64,000 bases of DNA from Azolla caroliniana (Eukaryota > Plantae > Polypodiophyta): positions 15,066,001-15,130,000 of the forward strand of contig JBHGNT010000009.1 in assembly GCA_043228905.1 (NCBI GenBank), in the 5' to 3' direction. A model generated the notes under the pieces. It was not told the origin of the DNA and did not search any database. It was given only the letters and a program-made list of their open reading frames with translations. Shown here piece after piece: positions 50,146 through 61,240 of the stretch (positions are counted from its first letter, which is position 1; every line of letters begins with the position of its first letter). The translations under genes and the position numbers were made by a program.

Positions 50146-53100
50146 TTACGGACCGGGTTTGTTCGGATACTTTCGGTGGAAATCAGCAAGCAGATCCTGA
50201 GCATTGGCAACATGCTCGACAGGTTCCCAAGTGCGTTCGCTCGGACTATAACCAACCCAATCGACCAAATAATAAAGTTTGTTGCGAATAGCTTTGGAAT
50301 CGAGGATGGCAGCAACTTCATACTCTAGGCCGGCGTCCAACTCCAGCGGGGGCGGCGGTGGTGTAACACGATCGGGAATAGTGTTTGCTTTATAAGGTTC
50401 AAGAAGAGAACAATGGAAAACCGGATGTATCGGAAGCTGTGAAGGGAGATCAAGGCGGAATGTGACATCATTAACTTTACCCGTAATAAGGAAAGGACCG
50501 AGTCGTCGATAATCCAACTTGTCGCACGGTCGAGTAGTCTTGATGTGATGACGTAAGAGCCATACTCGATCTCCGATGGCAAAAGAGGAGGGAAGCCGAT
50601 GACGATCCGCGTAAGTCTTGTGTGTTTGTTGAGCATGACGAAGATGAGTCGAGAGATCTGTCTGGATCTTGCATAGTCTCTCCAAATGATCCCTGGCACG
50701 AGGATTGGTAGGTAGCTCCGGGGTGTCGATCACCGACCAGCAAGGATAAGAACCGGTATAAGCGTAGAATGGAGAGACTCGAGTCGAGGAGTGAACAACA
50801 TTATTATACGCAAACTCCGCAAAGTGGAGAATCTTGGCCCAATCGTCCTATTGATAAGTCAGGAAACATCGGAGATATTGCTCCAACGTTTGGTTTGTTC
50901 GTTCTGCCTGCCCATTGGTCTGAGGATGGTAGCCGGAGGAGAGGTTGCAAGACACCTTTAGCATCTTGAAGAGATGCTGCCAAAATTTGGAGACAAATTG
51001 CGGTCCTCAGTCACTGATGATACTGTCTGGGAGGCCATGATGCCGAAATACCTCACGCATGACTAGGGCGGCGGTTTCCTCGCTAGTGATGGCCTTAGTA
51101 CACGGAACAAAATGTGCCATCTTCGTATATCGATCAATGACAATTAAGATAACATCAAACCCCTGCGAGACCGGCAGATCTGTGATAAAATCAAGACAAA
51201 TAGATTGCCACGGCTTACTTGGAATCGGTAAGGGTTCCAACAAGCCATATGGATGGTGTCGTGGCATCTTTGCTCGGCAGCAAGCATCACAGGTCCGAAC
51301 GTAGTCGTCGACAAAACGGCGCATGTGGGGCCACCAAAAAGATCTTTGCACTAGCTCCAACGTCTTAGTACTACCGAAATGTCCCGCCGTATGGGTGTCG
51401 TGACAATGCTGGACGATTTGAAGGCGACAGGAGCAATCGGGGACATATACGCGCTTTTTAAAGAATAACAAACCATCATGATATTCGAATTGTCGGTAGT
51501 TAATACCTGGTTGTTGAGACTGAGAACAGGATGCCCGAGAAGTATCAATGTGCGCCAAGATGTTTTGAGCAAAACTATCCGTCTTCAAGTTTGCACGTAT
51601 GTCATCGGTAATCCGTGAATCCATCTGGGTGTGAAAAATCCGTGTCGTGTGCAATCGTGTTGGTCCCAAGATTACTTGATTTTGATTATCAAATGTTGAA
51701 TCACCAGGACAAGGTGCAAGATATGAACGCCGTGATAGTGCATCTGCTTTTCCTTGTTGCTTCCCCGGTCGATATGTGATTTTGAAGTCGAAACACATGA
51801 GGAATTGCGCCCACCAGCTTGCAGTCGATTTAGTACGCGAGCGTTCTGGAAATAAGCAAGATTTTTATGATCACTAAAGACAATGACCTGATGTGGAGAG
51901 CCCTCTAAGAAATGCCGCCATTGCACAAATGAATCCACGATGGCTAATAACTCCTTGTCATGTATTTCGTAGTTGATTTCCGCAACATCGAATTTGCGCG
52001 AATGGAAAGCCACCGGATGCAATTCGTCTTTATCTCCTTGTTGAGAAAGGATGCTACTGAGGGCGAAATCTGAAGCATCGGCCTCCATGATGAATGGTTT
52101 GCTAGTATCCACATGAGCTAGAATCGGTGTTGATGTAAAGGCTTTCTTAAGATGCCGAAAAGCCATATCTGCTTCAATGGACCAAAGAAATGCTTGGCCC
52201 TTCTTCGTAAGTTGTGTGAGGGGTAAGATAATCTTCGAGTAATCCTCTATAAACTTACGGTAGAAGTTAGCAAAACCTAGAAAACATTGTACATCTCGTA
52301 CTGACCGTGGAATTTGCCACTCTAGTACAGTTTGGATTTTAGCTGGATCCATGGCGATGCCCTTTGAGGAGATGTCATAGCCTAGAAATTCCACTTGCTT
52401 GCAGTCAAAGCTACATTTTTCTAGCTTGGCATAAAGACCATTCTCGCGGAGTCGCTTTTGTACTAATAGTACATGAGAATCGTGCTCTTGCTGGGTCTTC
52501 GAATAAATCAATAGATCATCAAGATAGATGATCAAACAGATATCCAAGAGGTCTCTGAATATATCATTTGCCATGTGTTGGAAGACTGTAGGTGCATTGG
52601 TTAGGCCAAACGGCATAACAGTATACTCAAAATGCCCATACCGCGTGCGAAAGGCGGTCTTCCATTCATCTCCCGGTCGGATCCGCACGAGGTTATATGC
52701 TCCTCGTAGATCGATTTTGGTAAAAAACTTGGCACCATTAACTCGCTCTAAAAGACTTGATATAAGAGGAAGTGCATACCTATTCCGGATGGTGACCTTA
52801 TTCAATCCGCGGTAATCAACGACGAGACGAAGTGAGCCATCTTTCTTCTTGACAAAGAAGATGGGTGCACCGGCCGGAGATTTCGAATGACGAATGAACC
52901 CGCTTGCCAAGTTCTCCTCTATGTAGGCTCGAAGGACTTCTAACTCGGTGGGTGACAAGTTGTAAATTGGTCCCCATGGTGGCTCTGTTCCTGGTTGTAA
53001 ATCGATGGGACAGTCATAGGGACGGTGATGAGGAAGGGTACCGGCTTTAACCTTGTCAAATACATCGGCATAAGGATGATATTTTGTCGGAAGTTGTACT

Positions 53101-53650
53101 GAGGAGTCCTTCTGAATAGTGCTGGAAGGATGTACTGATATTGCAAATAGGAACATTGCCTCCTTGTGTCCTTCTTCGCGTAATTGATGGAGTGAAATGG
53201 TCGAAACTCGGTGAGTAGATTCTTGGGGTGGTCGATATCAGACTTCTCTTGTTCTCCAATCTATGGCTGGATTATGTAATTCAAACCAAGGTAATCCTAG
53301 GACAATGGGATGCTCTGGACTACTAATTATATTAAATGATATTACACACACAAAACTACCTAGGACAACTTGAATGGGTTCTAATTCTTCTACAATATTC
53401 CCGGAAGCAATGGGATGACCATCAATGACTACTACAGATGCGGGACAAGGAAGTTTTCTTAGGGCTATCTGAGAAGCAGGAAACAGGAATTAGCTCCGGA
53501 ATCTAAGAGTGCTAGGACGGGTACTGGGGGAGTACTTTTAGTACTAACAATGACTTAGGCTAGGAACACATTGCTAACTTGCTTGGAAGGAATGGAACCA
53601 CTAATGGGCTGTACGGATCTAGGGTTGCTGTCCAACCAAACGGCTCCTAT
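50146..53650 (-). pseudogene. Element H pol (protease, RT, RNase H, integrase, chromodomain)
   Basis: LLDSGA, KIDLRGAYN, YLDD, EADASD, ICLDFITDLP, GPF, EYEVAAILDS..YLVDWVGY..TWEP; a few frameshifts and stops. Confidence 0.95.
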
Positions 53651-54819
53651 TTTGGCTGGACTCAATCGTTTAACTCTTCATCTAATTGACTAAGGATTTC
53701 AAATTTGTTTGAGATACTTGGGCTATTAGTACTATGAATACTATCTGACACTCTATTAGTACTATTAATACTATCAAACACTCCGAAGGGAAGAATTGAC
53801 TCGGGTTTAGTACAGGCGACGATTTGATTTACCTGTCTTCTTGGCCTATGGGGACAATTGATGGCGATATGCCCTAGTCCACCGCAATAAAGGCATAATC
53901 GATTGGCACGTCGTCATTGCTTTTCTTCTTTCGATAATGGGCCGCGTCGACGCATGGTGTCGATCTCCATCGGTGTCGGAATATTGGCTTGAGGTACATC
54001 GCATGCAAATGGTTTAGCCGTGACTGAGGCGTATGTGGGTTCCGGCCGAGAGCGTGGTATTTGTAACTGACGCTCGGAACGTCGTTCAAAAAGGCGGTTG
54101 TTGCATCGGACCGCTCGACTGATTGCCTCTGTAAGAGACTTTGGTTCTTCGGGGAAGGTTAAAAGCATATCTTTGACATCATTGCGCAAGCCGTAGCGAA
54201 ACTGCTCCGTGAGGGCCTGATCATCCCAGGGAATATCTGAGGCGAGTAGACGGAAATCCGCCGCGTAGGCAGAGGCTGGATGATCGCCTTGACGCAATCT
54301 TCGGATCTTGTTGATCGCCGTCCTGATGCTGTCGGTATCTCCAAAGCAGGCTTTAAACTCACCAATAAAATCTTCAAAGTTATTAAGCAAGGGTGATTGT
54401 TTTTCTAGAAGCGGAGCAAACCATGCCAAGGCTGATCCACTAAGTAACGTGCCTATTAGGCCGACTCGAGATGCATCAGTGGGATATCGGGAAGGATGCA
54501 TCTGGATGACTAAGCGTACCTGATTAAGGAATCCCCAGAATTGCGATCGCGTTCCATCAAATTTCTCAGGAAGTCCAATCTTGGGCTCTTTATGAAATCC
54601 TTGGGGACTTGATCCTTGTTGTTGCAACGCTGCTTCGAGTTGTTGTACCCGTAATGCTAACTCACCATGTTGTTGTTGCGTTTGTTGTTTTTCGAGAGCA
54701 ATTTGTTGCAGATCCCCTATCAACCGTTGGTTTTCTTGTTCCAGGGCAACAAACTTTTCTTTTAGGCACTGTAACTCGGAGAAAACGGATTGATATTCTT
54801 GGGCGCTAACAGTAGCCAT
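53650..54819 (-). pseudogene. Element H gag
   Basis: ORF 53914-54819 with KEPKIGLPEKFDG and PTPMEID; the CCHC knuckle (CLYCGGLGHIAINC) is frameshifted. Confidence 0.92.
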
Positions 54820-54880
54820 AGTATAGGGAAAAGGGTAGGAGGATGAGGGAGAATGACAAGTAGGCTGGAGGAAAGGAAAT

Positions 54881-54889
54881 TTGGTTCAA
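54881..54889 (-). promoter_or_regulatory. Self-priming PBS of element H
   Basis: Minus TTGAACCAA just after the LTR is complementary to TTGGTTCAA (minus, 55094-55086) downstream of the TATA box (55130-55124). Confidence 0.72.
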
Positions 54890-55241
54890 ACTGTCAGGAA
54901 TAGTACTAAAGCAGAGATGAAATTAGTACTAAGAAGAGCAGTACTATTAGTACTAAGAGGACGGGACTGCGTAAGATTCCCGAGAGAGGAAGTGAGAAGA
55001 GGAGAGAGAGAGAAAGATGATGACAGCAGCTAATATATTATGTGAAAAGGTAAGTACAAAGAGACTGAGAGGCTTAAGACTGGCGTTGAACCAATTTGGT
55101 TCGACATAATGCCTAGTGCCTTCTTTTATAGTGTTGTCAGGAGTAATCCTGAAACTTCTAGAATGTTCTAGAGAAATCTGGAATATACATTACTTTCTTA
55201 TAATAAAACATAAATGAAAATAATATCCTATGAATTACAAT

Positions 55242-55307
55242 AGATGGTGTGATGGTTAAGAGCTCGACCCATATGCCATAAGGTCATGGGTTCGAGTCTT
55301 GCCACCT
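55242..55307 (+). promoter_or_regulatory. tRNA-like Pol III cassette in 5' LTR U3 of element H
   Basis: Copy of 50029-50094. Confidence 0.7.
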
Positions 55308-55380
55308 CATGACAGGTTGTGGCCGAGCAATATTCTGCGCTATTCTTCACAATCTGGTATCAGAGCGAACAACACAGGAA

Positions 55381-58300
55381 ATGGAAGAATCGTTCGACGG
55401 CATGTTTAAGCTCACCGGCTCCAACTACTCAGTGTGGAAGTTGAAGATGAGGGATATGCTGGTGGTTAAAGATCTTTGGTTGCCGGTACAGTTCGGGGAC
55501 GAGAGACTGGATAAGATCGACATCACAATGTGGGAGGTGATGCACATGAAGACGACGGCATACATCCGGTGTCGTGTGAATCTTCACAAGATGGATGAAT
55601 GTGGCCAAATTCCCAAAAACCAACTGGCAATAAAATGGAATCGGTCGGAAATCAATTCGGAATTAGCCGATAAGATGGAAACCAAATTGGAACTCCAGAT
55701 ATATATTCCATTGTTTTTTCCTACACTCATTCGCTCTCCATTATTTTTTTATTTTCTTTTCCTTCTTAGCTCTCTTATCTTATCGAAGCCAAAAACCCTA
55801 ATTTCCCTACAGAAGTCATAAGACTCAAAAACCCTAATTTTCCCTACATAAGATCTATCACTCCTAATTCCAAATTTCTCCATACGGAAGCTATTCAATT
55901 CATAAACCATAATCTCTTTTCAAAGACAAAAACCCCTAATTTTCTATTGAATCCATATCTCAAATTCTTCTAATCTATTACTCTAGCAATCTCCATTAGC
56001 TAAACTTTTTGTAATCCCAATCTTGGGATTAATTGTAATCTTTCTTTTTATTTGTTAATGAAATTTTTCAATCCGGATGGGGAATGAAGGTACATGCCGA
56101 ATTTTCGGCATAGGAGATGTGTTGTTGACGACATCAACCGGATGTAAGATGTTGTTGAAGGATGTCCAACACGTTCCGAAGGTTCGTCTAAACCTGATAT
56201 CAGCCGGTCGGCTAGATTATGAAGGCTACATGGGCAACATCTGGAACGGAATTATGAAGTTCAGCAAAGGGAGGCTAATAGTGGCTTGAGCCCGAAAGGT
56301 CAACACAATGTACTTGATGCATGCCCGGATATGCCGAGAAGAAGTGAACGTTGCATCTGGCATTGCCGATGAGCTATGGCACAAGAGACTGTGTCATATG
56401 AGCCAAAAGGGGATGAACAGACTTGCCGAAGATAATCTCATTCCAGTGAAGGACGTGCAACTTGAGAAGTGCACTAATTGCTTGGCCGGCAAGCAAAACC
56501 AGACCTCCTTTCGGTCAAGACCACCGATGAGACGGAGTGCACCATTGGAGCTGGTGCATACTGATGTGTGTCAAGTGGACATGAAGTCACATGCCGGATC
56601 GCAGTACTTCGTGACGTTCATAGATGACCATAGCCGAAAGTTGTGGGTCTCACCATTGAAGACGAAGGATCACGTGTTATCCGTCTTCAAGGAGCTCCAC
56701 GCAAGAGTGGAAAGAGAAACCGGCCGAAAGTTGAAGGCGGTTCGAGCGGACAACGGAGGAGAATACCGGGGGTAGTTCGAGGAGTACTGTCGGTCGAAGG
56801 GAATCCGGCTCAAATTTATTGTGCCGAAGATGCTGGAATTGAACGGGCTGGTTGAACGGATGAACCGGACCATAATGGAGAGAGTCTGAAGCATGCTAGC
56901 ACATGCCAAGGTACCCAAGACGTTTTGAGTTGAGGTGCTGACGACGGCAACCTATGTGATAAACAGATCACCCTCAAAACCTTTGGAAGGAGACTCACCT
57001 CAGAAAATATGGACTGGTAAGGACGTATCCTACCGGCATCTAAAGGTGTTCGGATGTCTCCCTTACGTGCATGTGGCAAAGGACAGGAAAGCAAAGCTGG
57101 ATCCGAAGTCCAGGCCATGCATATTCCTTGGATATGGCGATGATGAGTTTGGTTACCGGTTGTGGGATCTGGTCGACAATAAGGTGTTCCGGAGTCAGGA
57201 CATAGTCTTCATGGAAGACAGGACCATTGCCTACGGGGAGTTGGAGAAGAAGGTGATGAACTCCGGATCATTCAATGAAAACCGGCTTGAGGACACAAGA
57301 ATATACTCGGTTGAAAACCGGATGGTAGCCGGTAATCGGATGACACTCGACGAACCGGTCGGATACGGACAAGAAACCGAATCGACCGAAGAAGAAGAAG
57401 ACACTGGAACCGGAAAAGATCCCGAATCAGATTAAGATGAGGAACAACCAAGGACAGAGATGTCCTCTCCGAGAGAGAAGAGCCCCCTAGAGATTTTCGG
57501 ATGCAGAGCATGTGTTGCTAACCGATGAGGGGGAGCCAGAAAGCTTTGAAGAAGCAAAGAGAGACACCCACATCCGCAAGTGGTTGAGTGCCATGTAGGA
57601 TGAGATGGATTCCTTGCATGAGAATCACACGTATGAACTGATGGAATTGCCGAGAGGAAAGAGGGCCTTTCGGAACAAGTGGGTGTACAAGCTTAAACCG
57701 GGAGACACCGGAAATCCACGAAGGGATAAGGCCCGAATCGTTGTGAAGGGCTTACAGCAGAAGAAAGCAGTGGATTTCGATGAGATCTTTGCCCCAGTAG
57801 TAAAGATGACATCCATCCGGACGATATTGGGCATAGCGGCAAGCATGGACCTCGAGGTAGAGAAACTGGACGTCAAGACGACATTCCTACATGGCGACCT
57901 CGAAGAAGAGATCTACATGAATCAACTGGAAGGATTTGAGAAGAAAGGTAAGGAGCACCTAGTGTGCCGGTTGAAGCAGAGCTTCTATAGACTGAAGCAA
58001 GCTCCCTGGCAATGTTACTATGACCGGCCAAGGGCACCACAAAACGCAAGCCGATCACTGTGTGTTTGTGATGAAATTTGACAGAGGAAATTCCCTGATA
58101 CTCCTATATGTGGATGATATGCTAATCGTCGGACGAGACCAAGTCAAGATACGGATGTTGAAGAAGGCTCTAAACCGAACCTTCTCAATGAAAGACTTGG
58201 GGCCGGCAAGATAGATATTGGGAATGCACATAATCCGGGATCGGTCGAAGAAGTTGTTGTGGTTGTCACCGGAAAAGTACGTGACAAAGGTACTCCAAAG

Positions 58301-59050
58301 GTTCAACATGTCAGACGCGAAACCGGTCGGATTGACACTTCCGGCAAATTGCAAATTGTCCAAAAAGCAGAGCCCGAAGACAAAGGTAGAGAAGTCGGAA
58401 ATGATGAAGATACCATATGTCGTTGTCGTCGGAAGCTTAATGTACAATCGGATATGAAATCGGAGTGGTGAGCCGGTTCATGAGCAATCTCGGAAAAGAG
58501 CACTGGAACGTGGTCAAGTGGATACTCTGGTATTTGAAGGGCACCTCGAGTATGTGTCTCCGGTTTGGCTCTGGTGATCCCCAACTTGATGGATTCACGG
58601 ATTCGGATATGTCGGCTAATACGGATACCTGCCGTTAGACAATCGGATATATCATGACTAATGCAGGGGGTCTGTTTTGTGGCAGTCGAGGCTGTAGAAG
58701 GTGGTTGCACTGTCAACCCCGGAGGCGGAGTACATGGAAGCCGGCAAGGAGATAATCTGGATGAAGGACTTCATCGGAGAGCTAGGGACCAACAGGAGGA
58801 ATATCGTCTCTACTGTGACAGTCAAAGTGCCATCCACCTTGCAAAGAACGTGGCCTACCATTCCCAAACGAAACATATCCAGTGGAGGTACCACTAGATC
58901 CGGGAGAGAGTAGAAGATCAAGAGTTTGTGTTGATGAAGATCCACATGAAGGAGAACGGGTCAAATATGCTGACCAAGGTGTTGACGACCGACAGGCTGG
59001 ACGCGTGCCGAAAGCGGATTGGGCTGGCAAGACATCCCATGCCGGAGTGA
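55381..59050 (+). pseudogene. Copia E gag-pol, with most of gag replaced by 55570-56070
   Basis: MEESFDGMFKLTGSNY, LWHKRLCHMS, LVHTDVC, ADNGGEY, FLHGDLEEEIYM, YVDDML, YCDSQSAIHLAKN. Confidence 0.92.
55570..56070 (+). repeat. Truncated AT-rich LTR-like insertion starting TGTCGTG, with AAACCCTAA motifs
   Basis: Abrupt break in gag at CCGG|TGTCGTG; no matching 3' terminus; pol resumes near 56071. Confidence 0.55.
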
Positions 59051-60230
59051 AGGGGGAGATTGTTGGGAAATCGGTCCCTCTGGATGGGATCTCGTTATGA
59101 ACAAAGAGGAATTGGTGAGAACCGGAAGAGATCCGGAAACCAGATCGGATGGACCCGGTGAGAATCGGAAGAACAGACATACTTGTAAATAGGTTTTGAG
59201 TAAGCCTATTGAGGCTATATTTGTAAATATCCCTAAGTTCATATAAGTATAAATATGAGTTAGGGCAATCACTTTATAGTGAGTGTTGTTGTCATTGTGA
59301 GGTTATCCATCTTATTGTTGAGATAACTGTTGTATAGAGATAGAGAGAGATACAGAGCTATACTCTGTTGTAACCGCAGGCTGGCGAAGATACAAAGCTC
59401 AAGGTTGTTGCGCCTTGAGTCTCTATTTGTACCTTTCCTACATAGTGATAGTTCGGAGTCTGTGGGCTCCTGTGGTTTTTTCCCTATTAGGGTTTTCTAC
59501 GTAAGCATCTTGTGTATCCTCTATCGTTCTTTGTGTATGTAAGTGCGCTCACTCCCTACTCCCCATCTTTGTGTTTGATTTCCATCCAAGTGATTCAAGG
59601 CTTGGTTGTGACCGAGCAATATTTTGCACTATTTTTCACAGTACCTCGTTTGCTACTTCAACATAGCTCCAGTACCCGTGTCCCAACAAGTACTGGTGAA
59701 TCTTGTACGACCAAGATGTGTACTTGCTTCTATCGAGCTTTTCCGTCGGAAGCAGGCTACCCATTCCTTTGTCCATGTTCATGTCCTTTACTTGTCCGGA
59801 AGACAAAAGCTTGTCTCTTTGTCTTGTTCTCTTTGTTGGCTATAGAGGATTTTCAACCTTCACACTCTGATACCATGTAAAAGGAGATTGTACAAATAGA
59901 AGACACAACCGGCTCGACCGAATACCAGAAGACAATTAAGTAAATGTAGAGATTGGGAGAGAGACTAAGTGAGCTGACAACAACAAAATTCTATTACAAA
60001 AAATGACTCAGTACATACAAAATTCTAACTCAAGTACTGACAAGTACTTAAATGCTCATACCTAAGCATCTGACATTGACTCCCAAAAGTATTCCTATTA
60101 CTATGAATAGGAATATTGACCCTAATGGCCTACCGTCTCCCCGCCATTCCGGCCTAGCCGATTGGCCTTCGTTTGATTTGGCTTCTAGCTTCTTCAGCCA
60201 ACCGGCCCATGTTGAGCTTGTCTCTGAATA

Positions 60231-61035
60231 GGGAGCTTTGGTATTTTAGTCGAGGTTTCTTCACAGGGCACTCATCCTTAGGATTCATATGGATTCTTCA
60301 CAAAAGCGTAAGACATAAGCATACAAACTAGATAAATTGAATCGAGTTGGCCTGCACAAGACCTCAAATCAATACGAAGTATCGATTTTTTACAAAAACT
60401 TGTGACATATACACACAAACCCGATACATTGTATCGAGTTGGCTTGCCAAAGACCTAAAGTCTATACGAAGTATCTCATTTGCCCAAACTTTTAACACAC
60501 ATGCACACCAACTTGATACATTATAATTTCTTTCCTTTTTGAGGGTAGGTGACCACTGGAATCTTATTGGTATCCAAGGAAGAGCTATGATATTTCAATC
60601 TAATTTTTTTCACAGGGTGCTCATCCTAAGGTTCAGTAGACCTATTAACGAAATCATGGAAATCTAATTTTTATTATGTTGGATAAGGGAATGAGGTGTG
60701 TAAAAGGTTAAAAATGAGTTCATTAAGGTATTTCGGCAATGCAAGTAAACTATTTAGCATCAAGAAATGGTTAGTCAATCATAAAATAACTACTCTTTGT
60801 AGTCTTTAAATTCTAAAGTATACCAACTCGATACAATGATGGTTAAATTATAAAGAATCGCAACACCATTCCGTTACATTGTATCGTCCTGGTGGAAAAA
60901 AATAGGTTGTTGAAGACCAATTCGGTACAATGGATTGAATCATTGGCAAAAGAGTAATTTCAACGCTAATTTGATACAATGTATTTAGTTAGTTGTCGTT
61001 TTGAGGTCCTAGATAGGTGAATCGATACTATGTTG
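60231..61035. repeat. Decayed repeat with dispersed GATACAATG/CATTGTATC(GAGTTGG) motifs
   Basis: Motif variants near 60341, 60423, 60510, 60822, 60875, 60918, 60972 in both orientations; ~90-bp tandem at 60341-60520. Confidence 0.5.
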
Positions 61036-61049
61036 AACTCCCAAGCTTC

Positions 61050-61128
61050 TCTCCCTTCTCTTACTCCCTAGTCCAAGACCCCCATGGTCCCACCCCTTTT
61101 CGATACATACTCGCGGATTTCCGCGACA
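61050..61128 (+). repeat. U5-end fragment of an element-B-family LTR
   Basis: TACTCCCTAGTCCAAGACCCCCATGGTCCC...CGCGACA matches the reverse complement of 9532-9600. Confidence 0.8.
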
Positions 61129-61240
61129 CCGTATTTCATGCATGTGTTCAACACATGGAGATTCAATGTCACTATGTGCAAGAGCCGATCAATAATGAGA
61201 ATGTTGTGATTGAGTGTTTTAGATATAATCAATTATCAAC
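61129..61240 (+). pseudogene. Highly decayed Copia RNase H remnant
   Basis: VFHACVQHMEIQCHYVQE resembles VFHARTKHIEVHYHFVRE. Confidence 0.6.

Larger units (their letters stand above)
49679..55314 (-). mobile_element. Full-length Tcn1-type chromovirus H inserted in the 5' LTR of Copia E
   Basis: 423-bp LTRs 49679-50101 and 54892-55314 (about 8 differences by eye); TSD GGTTG; PPT AAGGGGGAGATAG. Confidence 0.96.
49164..59640 (+). mobile_element. Full-length degenerate Tork-like Ty1/Copia element E
   Basis: TSD GTACC (49159-49163 / 59641-59645); 5' LTR 49164-49678 plus 55320-55351; PBS 55355-55366; PPT before 3' LTR 59061-59640. Confidence 0.94.
48946..60230 (-). mobile_element. Bryco-like Copia F 5' end (LTR 60230-59876, PBS 59875-59865, gag 59776-59646 and 49163-48946) split by Copia E
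   Basis: MGSLLPTEKLDRSKYTSWSYKIHQYLLGHGYW continues as THRDFPTW..HDQMLGYIRD; TGGTATCAGAG on minus. Confidence 0.88.

Noticed and set aside
55790-55945. Interstitial telomere
   Set aside because: Only isolated AAACCCTAA motifs, which are common in plant LTRs; no tandem array.
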